NCBI GenBank assembly: GCA_012295275.1
Contig: CM022672.1
Location: 23,188,001-23,252,000, forward strand
Direction of reading: 5' to 3'
From: Chrysomallon squamiferum
Taxonomy: Eukaryota; Animalia; Mollusca
Length of the DNA: 64,000 nucleotides
Part shown: positions 1-13,492 of the stretch, in pieces
How positions within the stretch are numbered: position 1 is the first letter of the stretch
How the letters are laid out: every line of letters begins with the position of its first letter
Made by a program: the position numbers and the translations under genes
The notes under the pieces: generated by a model
Databases searched by the model: none
What the model saw: the letters and a program-made list of their open reading frames with translations, nothing else
Told to the model about the DNA's origin: nothing

Positions 1-576
1 TCGTTGTTTGTTGTGTTTTTGTTTCTTGTCCTTGGTTAGTTTTAGATCGCTTGTGGTCTGCTTACCAGAATGTTTTCCTCCAAGTGTATAACGTTCTTTT
101 TCTGCTTTTTCAAAACTAGTGTCACGTGAAAGATTATTTTTAGTGTTTTTCTGGCCAGAGAACGTTTTCAGCAAAATTGTTTAGGTTTTAAATGGCTATA
201 AAATAAATATTCCAGATTCGTTTCATGTTAGTTAAAACTACCAAGTGAAGTTTTCATGTGAACAATGTTGGGGTTTGGGGTTATCAGTTAATTAATAAAC
301 TTGCAGTCTTAATTTGAAACTTACTGGATCTTAATGATCTTACGACTCTATTGCTGAATTCAAACGCATTCTCTTAAAATTCTGTGCAATTTGCGGTTCT
401 AAGTAAAAACATGTAAAACCAACCATCTGGATGACCTCTGACCTCTCTTTCTTCCCTCTTTTTAACATAACTTTTTATTAACTGTTATTTTTTCGAACAC
501 ATCTATTTTTTATTTATATTTAGATCCATATTTTATGTTCAGGAATATATTTTCTGGTTAGTCAGACTTTCTCTGT

Positions 577-995
577 CATACACAAACGTATATACAGGCA
601 CACATACTCTATGAATCTTTTCACTGAGTATTAAAACTGTTACAGTTTAATTTTATAATACATGTTCATCTGGAGATCAGAATTTATGCTTCTGTATTCT
701 TTAATTGTCTGTGTGTCTGTCTGACTGTCTGTCTGTATGTATGTATGTATGTGTGTCTATAAAGACTTGTGCGTGTTTGTGTATATGTTTTATATTATAA
801 GATTAAAATGTTACTCGATGAATGGCAAAAGCAAAAACATAAATAAACAAACGGATACACAAATTTGATAAACGACACACACGAATAATAACACAACAAC
901 GAAAATAGCAAATATATAAAATTAAATTGTGACAGTTTTAATACTCATAGAAGAGATTCATAGTGTATGTGTGCGTGTATATACGTCTGTGTATG
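577..995. repeat. ~80-bp inverted repeat pair (577-657 / 915-995); possible MITE or foldback remnant
   Basis: catacacaaacgtatatacaggcacacatactctatgaatcttttcactgagtattaaaactgttacagtttaattttata is the near-exact reverse complement of 915-995. Confidence 0.7.
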
Positions 996-1718
996 TTTTT
1001 ATGGTAAATAGTGTATTAAAACTGGAAAAAACAAAACATGCACGCAGATACCAATATTCATATTAATATTTTAAATGATGTTTATTTATTTTTGATTCCA
1101 AAATTTCTTTTACTTCTATTCATAAACATAACACTACAGAACACAAACAAACACATAAAGAGGAACAAAAACAAACTGTTTACAAGTTGGTTAATTTTTA
1201 TTGAAATTTTCTTCTATAAAACTATTTTTTTATAGCTATCTGCCTTCTATGTATGTGTCTTGCTGTCTGTTTATTTCGATTTATTTTTTCTGCGTCTGTC
1301 TATTAATCTATTTCTCTTTTCTCTGTTTCTTCTAGATATCACTCTTTAATTTTATTAATTTCTAACTTTAAATTTTTGTTTATAATAAAATTTTAAAAGG
1401 CCTCTAGCTCCATATTTACTGTTAAAGAACAAGCAATATTTTTATTTTTTGATCAATCACATTAATAAACAAGCAATAAAGAGACTATGTTATGACGAAA
1501 TTTGTCCCCCAAAAGTACCTATTCATTTTAACTGCTTGGGGATACAAAAGTTTTTTTTTATAAAAAATAAAAAAGAATAGGACTAAATTTACATAATCTG
1601 AATGAAAAAGAAAGAGAGAAAAACTCAAAAACAGTAAATAAAAAAAAAGAGTAAAAAATACAAAGAAAAAAAAAAAAAAAAAAAAAAAAAGGTTAAAACG
1701 TTTATTATATTTTAGAAC

Positions 1719-1833
1719 CGGAAAAATGATCAATCAATCCATTTCACTCTTTCCTTATAAAACAGGCTGTTCATTTCAGCTCGACATTTTACCTTTTCCA
1801 AGTACCTTAACTTCAGCTGACAGCAACTGAAAG
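1719..1833 (+). promoter_or_regulatory. GRP1 promoter and non-coding exon 1, copy a
   Basis: CGGAA at 1719, ATCAATCAAT, TATAAAA at 1756-1762, and exon end ...CAACTGAAAG|GTAAG (donor GT at 1834). The same module lies upstream of GRP4-8. Confidence 0.7.
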
Positions 1834-2152
1834 GTAAGAAAGAAAATGAAACATTCTGAATATTTATAATTATAAGTCAAATACTTTTTATTATATAACA
1901 TTATGTTTGATCATAGTTTCTCTAAATATTCTATTACTGATCAGTCGCTCTGTTCAAGTTTTAACTGCTTGGGGATACAACAGTTTTTTAATAAAGAATA
2001 AAAAAGAATAGGACTAAATTTACATAATCTGAACGAAAAAGAAAGAGAGAAAAAATTAAAAACAATAAATAAAAAAAATAGTAACAAAATACAAAGAAAA
2101 AAATCAAACCAAAAAAAAAATCAAGGTTAAAACGTTTATTATATTTTAGAAC

Positions 2153-2274
2153 CGGAAAAATGATCAATCAATCCATCAATCTTTTCACTCTTTCCTTATA
2201 AAACAGGCTGTTCCGTTCAGCTCGACATTTTACCTTTTCCAACTACCTTAACTTCAGCTGACAGCAACTGAAAG
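2153..2274 (+). promoter_or_regulatory. GRP1 promoter and non-coding exon 1, copy b
   Basis: CGGAA at 2153, TATAAAA at 2197-2203, donor GT at 2275. The TATA box and donor lie 441 bp downstream of those in copy a. Confidence 0.7.
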
Positions 2275-2574
2275 GTAAGAAAGAAAATGAAACATTTTGA
2301 ATATTTATAATTATAAGTCAAATACTTTTTATTATATAACATTATGTTTGATCATAGTTTCTCTAAATATTCTATTTCTGATCATTCGCTCTGTTCAAGT
2401 TTTTTAAAGTTTTGATTTCTTTTTATCTCTCGCTTTGACACGAAACCTTAATGCAGGAAAGGTTAATCACAAATCTTTATGAAAGAAACTTGTTTGTCTC
2501 TCTCTGACGGGTTGTTACTGATTTTTTCTTTCGTTGAGGTTTCGTTTTTCCTCTTTCGTTTTTGTTACTTATAT

Positions 2575-2577
<3 letters not shown>

Positions 2578-2662
<85 letters not shown>
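2578..2662. repeat. (CT)n microsatellite
   Basis: Perfect CT run. Similar tracts lie at ~6617-6710, 35247-35319, 43336-43421 and 52400-52615 (GA-rich). Confidence 0.95.
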
Positions 2663-2663
<1 letters not shown>

Positions 2664-3621
2664 AAAGCATACCGACTTATTAATAATATTTCACTAGAGT
2701 TTAGTTCCTCTGTCTTCTCGTTAACCCACAGATAGTTCGATTTATAAATATCTATGAAGTTTTGGCCGCCACACAGTTTGAATTCTTTAATATAAAATGA
2801 AAGTTTGTGAATCATGAGATAGCAGTAAATAAGAAAACGGGGAATCGTTTATTTGTTTAAATACTGCAATTTGTATGAAAATAAAATAAAGTGTTATATC
2901 AACTTTATTGAAATGTCTTATTAATTAGCTGTAAATTATTACATTTTATATGAATGTTGGTTAGATTTGGAAACAACAAACATATTAAAAAATAAAAATT
3001 GAAAGAACAGAGAAATCAACAAAGAAACACACAATACATTTTTTTATGAAAAATTACATATAAAAAAGGAACAGATAAATTTGAATATAACATAAATTAG
3101 GAAATAGTAATTTGAAAATCGTTATTGAAAATCCTAAAAGACAAAAACCTGCATAAATTAAAATAAAATAAAATAAAATAATAATAATAATAAAACTAAA
3201 AACAGCTAACTAAATATACATAATTTGTTTTATACAGAATGAAACTTTTTTAAGCATTTCATTTTGTTGACGCTATTTTTTCTATGCATAGCCATTGGCG
3301 ATAACTGTTATTTATTACTCTTTTTAGTAAAGCAAGAAAAATGTTATAATTTTGTATAAAACTGAATCTTTTCAATATATTTAATTTAATTCATTTGCCA
3401 GTAAATTAGTCAATATTTAACAGCACACCACTGCTTTATCAAATACAGAATTTAATATATTTTTCATGAGCAATTGCCTAAGCGCAGAGCAATAAAACAT
3501 TAATAAATTCATTGGTTATCGACTGAAACCTCAAAATTACAAATTATGACGATAAACAGCATAAATTTTAAAACCTAACTTGAAATTCGTATCATATTTT
3601 ATCACTTCAGTCATCAAGGTG

Positions 3622-4745
3622 ATGTCAGTGATACTCTTTACACTGGCTTGGCTTTCTGCCACAACGAGTGGCCAACCATTTTCCTATTATAGTCCTTTTG
3701 GTCAAATTACTTACGGTTACCCAGGCTACGGATCTGTAGTTGGACTAGGACCTGGACTTGGGCTGGGACCTCTACTGGCTCCTCAATTTGGAGTGGCAGC
3801 TAGTGGAGCTGGAGTTGGGGCTGGAATAGCGTCTTCAGTTGGAGCTGGACCTGCATTAGCACCTGTATTTGGACTTGGACTAGGATCTGGACTTGGGCTC
3901 GGATCTCTGTTGGGTCCTGGATTTGGAGCAGGCATTGGACTGAGACCTGGATTTGGGATCGGACCTAGTGCTCTTGCAGCTGGAGCAGCAGCCGGTGCAG
4001 CTGGAGCAGCAGCTAGTCAAGCATCTGGAGCAGCTGGAGCAGCAGCTAGTCAAGCAGCTGGAGCAGCAGTTAGTCAAGCAGCTGGAGCAGCTGGAGCAGC
4101 AGCTAGTGCTGCTAGTGCAGCTAGAGCTGCACCTCTTCTTGGACCCGGTCTTGGACTCGGACCAGTATTTGGGCTGGGCCCTGGACTTGGGTTCGGATCT
4201 GGACTTGGATTCGGATCTGGACTTGGATTAGGATCTGGACTTGGACTCGGATCTGGACTTGGATTAGGATCTGGACTTGGATTCGGATCTGGACTTGGAT
4301 TAGGATCTGGACTTGGACTCGGATCTGGACTTGGATTCGGATCTGGACTTGGGTTCGGATCTGGACTTGGATTAGGATCTGGATTTGGACTCGATCTGGA
4401 CTTGGATTCGGATCTGGACTTGGACTTGGGTTCGGATCTGGACTTGGGTTCGGAGCAGGACTAGGACTCGGATCTGGACATGGATTAGGATCTGGACTTG
4501 GTTTCGGAGCTGGACTTGGATTAGGATCTGGACATGGATTAGGATCTGGACTTGGTTTCGGAGCTGGACTTGGACTCGGATCTGGACTTGGATTAGGATC
4601 TGGACTTGGTTTCGGAGCTGGACTTGGACTCGGACCTGGACTTGGATTAGGATCTGGACTTGGATTCGGATCTGGACTTGGATTAGGATCTGGACTTGGA
4701 CTCGGATCTCTATTTGGTTTTGGATCTCTACTAGGAGCTGGTTAA
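3622..4745 (+). CDS. GRP1: secreted Gly/Leu/Ala-rich structural protein with an apparent 1-bp frameshift at ~4393
   Basis: Acceptor TTCAG ends at 3610 and ATG is at 3622. Signal-like MSVILFTLAWLSATTSG is followed by a Tyr/Pro-rich head, an Ala-rich block (AAGAAASQAAG) and GSGLG(L/F) hexapeptide repeats. ctcGGatct reads ctcGatct at 4393, so the ORF as written ends at 4464 with a DLDLDSD tail. The repaired frame runs to TAA at 4743-4745, ahead of the paralogous PVVLG-TAG (4761-4763). 3'UTR donor 4773, acceptor 4983, AATAAA 5053. Confidence 0.8.
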
Positions 4746-6612
4746 CCAGTTGTCTTGGGATAGTACTGAAAGGTATCAATATAAAATTATGTTTCTTACG
4801 TTATCTGTCTCTGTTTATATAACTACTAATTAAGTGCTACGTATTTGTAGGCATGTTTGAATGTCTGTGTTTGTCTGTGTATAATTATGCATGCATCTGT
4901 GATTCTATGTGTATGTTTGTACATGTGTATATAAATTTCATTTATTTTCGGTAATTTTTATATACTCTATTTTTATTTATCAGACAAAGGCAGTGGAGAA
5001 AAAAGTTCCTGAAATAAGAATAACTGATCCCGTTCAACAGATATATTGTCGAAATAAAATATAGTGCTACTAAAGTAATATGTGTTATTTTTTATTTGCG
5101 AGAAAGAAATGATGAGAAAATATAAATTATAATAAAAATATGACTAAATACTTACCTGCTCCCGGAAAAGGACATCCAAAACAGAGACTGAAGAATAAAA
5201 ACAAACACAAAAAAGCTCCCCCAAAAACCAACCAAAAAACCCCCCAAAACCCCCAAAACAAACAACAAAAGAAAACAAAAGAAAACAAGAAAACAAAATC
5301 AAAGCAGTAAAATAGAAATACCTTACAACAACAACAACAACAACAACAATAATAATAATTATTAATATACATTTTTTTTCGAAATTAAATAAACTGTAGA
5401 AATGCCATGTTTCTTGTGTTTTGCATATTTATCTTTACACATACACATTATAAACAAACAAGTAAAAAAAAAAATTAATGTGAAATAATTAGCAGCAGTG
5501 GAACCTAATATTTGACTCTGATAGACCAGAGAAGGACTGAACCATTCAACGAAGTACAATGCAGAGCTATAAATATTCACTGTACATCTAACTTTAAATT
5601 TCTGCTTTTTAATGGTTCACACTTTCATTTTAGATTAGCGAAAGCATTTAAAATAGATTCACTGGAATGACAAGTTCCTTTGGCAAAATTGTGATTACAA
5701 AAAACATGTTGAGTAACTTTGTTTTTGCACTAGTGAAAACAAATACTATCTCCAAACAACTTTAAAATAGAAGTTTGAAGAACTCACCTAAAGTATTAAC
5801 AACAAGAAAAAAGAAAAGAACATCTCAACAAACGAAAGAAAAGAAACAGTGAACGAACGAATCAAACATAAGAAAAAAATAAAAGGAAGAAATAAATGGA
5901 CGAAAAACAAGAAAATCTAAACCAGCAATACATCGTTACTTCCTCAACCACCGATAATCGCCCGAAATTTAACAGCATAAAAAAAAAAAAAAAAAAATAA
6001 TAATAAAAAAAAAAAAAAAAAAAAAAATAAAAAAAAAAAAGAGAAAGACAAAAAAAAACAGATATAAAAAAGACGTTTGTCTTGTTTTTATCAATATTTG
6101 TAATATGTTTTCGTGGTAAATCAATTTACTGAAAATACAAAATAAATTGCAGCTGTTTATTTTTGATATTCCATTGAGTCGCTTTCTTTAATAATCTATT
6201 AAACAAAAATCTAAACAAAACATAGCATTAACAAAAATAGCAAACTAAGAAAAAAAACAAAGAAACAACAAGTGCAGCAATGAAACAACAACAACAAAAA
6301 CAATACACCGAAAACCCAACAAAAGTGAACAAAGAAAACAGTGAAAATCTGTGTCAGCATAAAATGATACCCTGGAATAATAATGATGTCTGTGTTTCTT
6401 TCCTGTCTGCCTCTGTGTGTGTGTGTGTTTGTGTATGTGTGTGTGTGTGTGTGTGTCGTTTGTAAAAATAATTTAACACTGAATTTAAAATACAGCAATA
6501 ATAGATAACATGCAGTTTTGTATCGCTAATGCTATTATGTGAAGTTTTGTCATGAAAGGAAGTTACTCTTTCTGTATCAGATATTCAAAATTTACTGTGT
6601 TTTTATTGAAAT

Positions 6613-6900
<288 letters not shown>

Positions 6901-7140
6901 CAGAAGTTTATTAAAAGAAAAAAACCGAAAAGAAACCTGTAACAGTTAAATTAATTAAATAAACTCGCGTACGGTAGAGTATGTTGTATTTATTTGGCAC
7001 TGATTCCTTAAATAACACAATATCTATTTTGGACTCAAATATCTGATGATTTGAAATTACAAATTATTATGAAAATCAGAATAAATTTGAAATTCGATTT
7101 GTAATTCGATTTATTTTTTGTTTTCATTTCACTTTTCAAG

Positions 7141-7554
7141 ATGATGTCTTTTCTTGGCTTGCCTTTGTGCCACAGCGAATGTCCAGTTTTTCTGGCGTTG
7201 GAATCCGTTTTCCTATGGTTATCCGAGTACGGGCCGGAGAAGTCGGAGCTGGAGTTGCAGTTGGTCCTGGTGGAGCTGCATTTGGTCTTGGTGGAGTTGG
7301 GCTGGAGGAGTAGGGGCTAGAGATATAAGGGTTGGAGTTGGTTCTAGTGGAGTTGGAGTTGTTGATGGAGGAATCGGAGCAGCAATAGGTGTTGGAAGTG
7401 GAGGAGTCAGAACTGGAAATGATGGAACTGGAACGGGATTTGGGCTCGGATCTCTAATTAGCTTTTCAGCTGGAACGGAATTTGGATTGGTCTTGGATCA
7501 CTGTTTGGTATTGAACTCGGATATGGAACTGGTTTTACATTTGTCTTGGGATAG
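7141..7554 (+). pseudogene. GRP2: pseudogene of the Gly/Val-rich paralogue
   Basis: ttttcaagATGATG start context with a frameshifting deletion in the signal peptide. QFFWRWNPFSYGYP head, further frameshifts, and the family end ..GTCTTGGGATAG. Donor 7564, exon-3 acceptor 7835 and AATAAA 7904 are retained. No TATA or exon-1 module lies upstream. Confidence 0.85.
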
Positions 7555-8862
7555 TTCTGAAAGGTAACGATATAAAATTATTTTTCTTACGTTATCTGTC
7601 TCTGTTTATATAGTTACTTATTAAATGTTACATCATTGTAGGCATGTTTGAATGTCTGTGTTTCTGGATGTGTGTCTGTATATCTCTATGTATGTATGTC
7701 TGTCTGTCTCTCTGTATGTATGTATGTATGCCTATGATTGTGTGTGTATATTTGTACGTACCAACATGTATCCAAAAATTACATTTATTTTCGGTAATTT
7801 TAATTTGTTTTTATTTTCATTTATTTATTTGTCAGAGGTGGACTGGCGATAAAATTTTCTGAAATGAGAATAACTGATCCAGTTTAGGGGACATTTTAAC
7901 AACAATAAAGATAATAATAATAATAATAATAATTATTATTATTTTTATTATTATAAAAATTTCGAAGTCAAATTGTATAAAACTAATAAAAAGAACACCC
8001 TAAACTAAACACCCATCGAAGAAGAAGAAAAACAGAAAGTTCCATAAAACCAAACAGAAAACAGAATCAAAATACTAAAGTATACTATGAACACTTCAAG
8101 CAATCTATTTGACTGGCTTTAAGATATATTTTGATATATGTCGATCATGTCGTGAGACACTGCCTATGACAGGAAAAAAAAAATTTTTTTTTTATTAAGA
8201 ATAAAAAAAAAAAAAAAATAAAGAAAGAACCAAGCATCAAATTGTATAAAAACATAATAACTTTTGTAAAAAGAAATTTTTACTTTAAATTAAACATTAA
8301 ACCCATTCTTCAAGAAGAAAAGAAACACATCGAAAATATGTCTTGTAATAGAAAAAACAACAAAAAAAGCAACAAAAAGAAACCAAACGAAAAAAAAAAA
8401 AAAAAAAGTTCCACCCCTCAAAAAAAGAAAACGCCACGAAATGTTAAACAATCACAGGAAAGAAAAAACAAAAACAAATAAACAACATAAAAAAACAACA
8501 ATAAAATAAAAATTTAGAAGAATAACAAAGAAATTTTTCGGACGTTGAACAATTTTTATTAAAATGTTCATCTGTAAAGGTATCTTTGCCTACCTACCTG
8601 TCTGTGTGTCTATCGGTCCCTCTGTCTGTGTCTGCTTCTGCCTGTTCATCTTTTAATTTATTTATCTTAGTGTCTTGTCTGTTCATATTGCAGTCCTCCC
8701 TCCTTAATGTTGTTAGTTTTAATCTTTATTGTTTTGAATTAATACTTTTGAAAGGCCTCTAGCTGGATATTTATTATAAAACTAAAGTGCAATGCATTTA
8801 GTCTTCGATCAGTCATACAAACAATTAAAAAAGAAAAAAAAAAAAAAAATGAAATCCCAGGA

Positions 8863-8937
<75 letters not shown>

Positions 8938-8952
8938 TTTAGTAATAGTAAC

Positions 8953-9001
<49 letters not shown>

Positions 9002-9326
9002 TAACCGAATAAAAAATAAAGGAATAAAAAATAAATGAACAAATAAACGAAATAAGTCATTAAAAATCGTCATTAAATATTTAAATAAAACAAAAACAAC
9101 AAACAAACCTGTATAATTGAAATAATTTAAGTAAACTAGCCTGCTAGAGAGTGTGTTGTATTTATTTGGGTCTGTTTCCTCTAAATTCATTTACTTAAAT
9201 AATAAGATATCTATTTTCGAATCAAACATCTGATGATGAAAATTACAAATTATTACGAAAACCCGAATAAACTTTAAATTCGATTTGTAATTCGATTTAT
9301 TTTTTGATTTCACTTCAGTTTTGAAG

Positions 9327-9643
9327 ATGATATCATTAATACTTTTGCCTTCACTTGCCTGTGTGCCACAGCGAATGGCCAATTGTTCGGGCCTTGGAAT
9401 CCGTTTTTGTTCGGTTTTCCGGGCCTCGGAAGACTCGGGGTTGCAGTAGCTCCTGGTGGAGTTGTAGCAGGAGATGGATTACAACCTGGTCTTGGACTCG
9501 CATCTCTACTTGGTTCTGGATTTGGACTCGGATCTCTCCTTGGTTCTGGACTTGGACTCGGATCTTTAGTTCGCACTCCATTTGCAACGGGACTTGGAAT
9601 CGGTCTTGCATCTATACTTGGATCTGATTTTCCAATTGGATAG
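9327..9643 (+). pseudogene. GRP3: short Gly/Leu-rich paralogue with a 1-bp deletion in the signal peptide and a deleted promoter
   Basis: Acceptor at 9318 and ATG at 9327. ctt ttt gcc reads ctt ttg cc (-1). The shifted frame gives QLFGPWNPFLFGFPG...GLGLGSLLGSG...FPIG*. Donor 9653, acceptor 9833, AATAAA 9901. The upstream block 8520-8816 breaks off before the TATA box and exon 1. Confidence 0.75.
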
Positions 9644-11098
9644 AACTGATAGGTAACAATACAAAACTATTTTTCTTACGTTATCTGGCTCTGTTTCATA
9701 ACTGCTTATTAAATGTTACATTCTTGTAGGTAGGTTTGAATGCCTGTGTTTCTGTATGTGTCTGTATTTCTGTCTATTACATTTATTTTCGATAATTTTG
9801 ATATGTTTTTATTTTTATTTCTTTTTTTTTCAGACGAAGACTGGCGATGAAATGTCCTGAAATGAGAATAACTGATCCAGATTAGTTAACATTTTGCAGA
9901 AATAAAATATAGTGCTACTAAACCAGTACGTTTCATGTTTTACTCTGATTTGACTCTGATAGACCAAAGAAGGATATAACCATACCATGAAGTACACTGC
10001 AGAGCCAGAAATTTCTTCTGTAGATTAAACTTAAAATTTTTGCTTTTCACTGGTTCACAAACTTGTATTACAAATAAGTTCACTTGTATGACTCGAAAAA
10101 ACAGTGATAATAAAATTTTAAGTTGTATACAAATGTATAAAAATTAGTCATTAACGAGTACTAAAATTATAATTTAACAACACTAACTAATGAGATCGAA
10201 TATTTTAAACTTTTATGATATGAAATTAGACTTTTGTTTTCCTTTGAAAAATTAAATCATGTATTTCATCCAAAACATCAAAAGCATGTACTGTAACATT
10301 GTTCTTGCATTAGTGAAAACAAATAATATTCCCAAGCAATAGTAATAACTTTAAAATAGACGTTTGAAGAACTCACCAAAAGAATAATAATAAAAAAAAA
10401 AAAATAAAGAAAAGAACGAAAAAGAGCAGAAATAAAAGAACATCTCACAAAGTGCCGAACGAACGAAAGAAAAGAAACAGTATCTCCTTAAGTCAGTAAT
10501 AAATACTTAATACAAATCAAACATAGGGAACAGAAGAAAAGGAAGAAATAAATGGGCGAAATATAAAAAAAGCCCAACGACATTACATCGCCACTTTTTC
10601 AACCATCAATAATTGCCCCAAAATACCAAAGCATCAAAAAGAGGTTAAATAAAAAAGAAAAAAAAAAAAAACAGAAGAAGAAGAAAAAAAAAAGAAATAA
10701 AATAAAATAAAAAGGAAAACAAAAGAGATGAAAAACATGTTTATCTTATTTTATCAATATTTGTATATGTTTTCATGGTAAATCAGTTATTGAAACTCAA
10801 AAATAAATTTGCAACTCTTCATTTTTGATATTCCCTGCGAATCTATTAAACAAAACATAAAAATAAGAAAAACTGCAAAGTAAGAAAAAAGGTTAAGAAA
10901 CAAGACGTACAACAATGAAGCAAAAACCACAAAAACAATACCCCCAAAACCAAATAAAAGTGAACAACCAACAAAGAAAACAGTTAAATAAATAAAAGGG
11001 AAATTATTCCGTTGCTTTGTTTTCCTGAACAAACTACTAATCATAAACCTAAACAAAATAGGAAAAAACATAACAATTACAGAAACAAGGAAGTACAG

Positions 11099-11138
<40 letters not shown>

Positions 11139-11177
11139 AGAAACAAATCCCAAACAAAAGATTGAATGGGAACAAAT

Positions 11178-11540
11178 CTTTCTAAGAAATAAAGTCATTC
11201 ATGTGCTCAAATTGTGATTTCCAGCGTTACACAATAAAAATGACTAAAATAAAAAAATATTTATTTATCAGTTATTTCTGGTTGTTTTAAAAATTAACAT
11301 TCATAATTACAACACACCACCACCACCAACAACCAAAAAAAGAAAAAAAGAAAAGAAAAGAAGAAAATAATAATAGGATAACAATCCATAACAAAACCAT
11401 TAAATAAGAACACCAAAACATTCTAAGAAATAAAGTCATTTACGAGCTGAAATTGTCATTTACACAGTTACACAGTAAAAATGCCTATAATAAAAATATT
11501 TCATCATTACAGTTATTTCTCGTTGTTTTAAATATTAATA
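11178..11540 (+). repeat. Two diverged ~120-bp direct repeats (~11178-11300 and ~11421-11540)
   Basis: ttctaagaaataaagtcatt..aaattgt..ttacaca.taaaaatg..cagttatttct.gttgtttta occurs twice. Related copies lie at ~15945 and ~41672. Confidence 0.7.
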
Positions 11541-12590
11541 ATTAAGACTTTTTTTTAAACTTTCTATCTTTTCAACTCATTTTCTACTATAGTGTGACTT
11601 ATGGGATGCACTCACCTTGTCCAATTTTACAGACGCCAAAGTATGCAAATGTTTCATATTTTTTATGATTACTGTTCCTGAATAAGTTTAAAATCTGGAT
11701 GGTAGCCTAAGATGAACTATCTCACTTTACTGCATATTTGTAGAATGGTTCAAAGTCGGGATAAAGAAAGCAAATGACTGAAAGTTTTTCCACGACAAAA
11801 TGGGTAATTTTACAATTATTCATACGAGTTTAGGCAGAATAAACAGACATTCTTCCAGAAAATGAGAAACACATTTCAAAATACATCTTTTATTAAACAA
11901 GAAACGATAAATAGAAAAATAACTCCACGAAACTTTAAATAAAAACAGGAAAGAGAAAAACACAACAACAACAAAAAACAAACAAAAAAACCCCCAAAAA
12001 ACAAACAAAAAAATTCCCCCAAAACCCCAACATAACCCCCAAACAAAACCCCCACAACAACAACAATAAAACAAACAGGAAAAGCAAAAACAAAATTAAA
12101 GAAACAATTTCATATAAGATAATAACAAAGAAAGATTTCTCAAGCTGAACAACTTTTATTAAAATTTCATCTGTAAATGTATCTTTTCCTACCTACGTGT
12201 CTGTCCGTCCATCTGTCTCTGCATCTGTCTGGGATCTATTAATGTATTTATCTCACTCTCTTCTCTGTCCCCACTGCAGCCCTTCCTCCTTCATGTTATT
12301 AGTTTTAATCTTTATTGTTTTGAATTAATACTTTTGAAAGGCTTCTGGCTGGATGTTTATGGTAAAACTAAGTGCAGTGTATTTAGTCTTCGATCAGTCA
12401 CGCTAATAATTAAGCAATAAAATGACCAAGTTATGACCAAATTTGTCAATCAATTTTTTTTATTTATTCGTTTTAAATGCTTGGGGATAGAAAATTATCA
12501 TAAAGGGATTAAGAATGGGCCTAAAATGAGAGAATCTAAAAGAGAAAAAGACGGAAATTAAAGTATAAAAAGTACAGTTTATATTATAAC

Positions 12591-12694
12591 CGGAAAAGGT
12601 ATCGATCAATCTTTTCACGCTTTGCTTATAAAATAGGAGGTTCCTTTCAGCTCGACACTTTACCTGTTCCAACTGCCTCTGCTTCAGCTGAAAG
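12591..12694 (+). promoter_or_regulatory. GRP4 promoter and non-coding exon 1
   Basis: CGGAA at 12591, ATCGATCAAT, TATAAAA at 12627, donor GCTGAAAG|GTAAG at 12695. Confidence 0.75.
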
Positions 12695-13005
12695 GTAAGA
12701 TAGAATTAAACATTTTAAAATATTTAGTTTTAGTTACAAATATGTTTTGTTATTGGCATAAAGTTTCATCATAGTTTCTCTGCATATTGTCTTGAATCTA
12801 TGATCTCCGACACGAAACTTTAATGCAGGAATTTTAATCAGAAACCTTTATGAAAGTTAAGTTACAGATGTTTCTGATTTTACGATTTTGTAGTCTTTGT
12901 ATGGATCTTTTTTTTCTTAGGTGTTCAGATTTTCTTTCTTAGATATTTAGGTTTTGTATCTTATTCTGTTAATTATGTTTGAATCAAATTGCTAGCAGTC
13001 TCTTT

Positions 13006-13037
<32 letters not shown>

Positions 13038-13144
13038 TGTATCTGACATTATCTCGAAATGAATATAACAATCATATTTAAAACAAAGTAATAGCAGACG
13101 AACAGAAAATCAAGAAGACAGAAAATAAAAGAATAAGAAGAATA

Positions 13145-13179
<35 letters not shown>

Positions 13180-13492
13180 AAGGAAAACGAATAAAAAAAA
13201 AAAAAAAAAAAAAAATGGAAATAATAATAATATATAAAATAAATGAACAAATAAAATGAAATAAGTCCAAAAAACAACAACAACCCTTTTATCAGTTAAA
13301 ATAAAATAGCCTACGGGACAGTGTGTTGTTTTTATTTGGCTCTGTTTACTCTAAATTCAATTGCTTAAATTACAAGATAACTATTTTGGACTCAAACATC
13401 TGATGTTGAAAATTACAAATTATTATTAAAACCAGAATAATTTTTTAATCTGATTTATAATTCGATTTTTTTTTTTCGCTTCAGTTTTCAAG

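Larger units (their letters stand above)
1526..2400 (+). repeat. Direct tandem duplication (2 x ~440 bp) covering the promoter and exon 1
   Basis: The block ttttaactgcttgggg...cgctctgttcaagtttt occurs twice head-to-tail. Confidence 0.9.

Noticed and set aside
2477-2815. (ER)n, (SL)n, poly-I/V/L/F/Y and (CV)n ORFs throughout the window
   Set aside because: These are translations of microsatellites and poly-A/T tracts.
4372-4822. Trp-rich (IWTWIR) and Gln/Val-rich (QVQIRI) ORFs overlapping GRP1, and equivalents over GRP4-8 and GRP10
   Set aside because: These are alternative-frame or antisense shadows of the GGA-rich Gly repeats, with no signal peptide, splice context or promoter.
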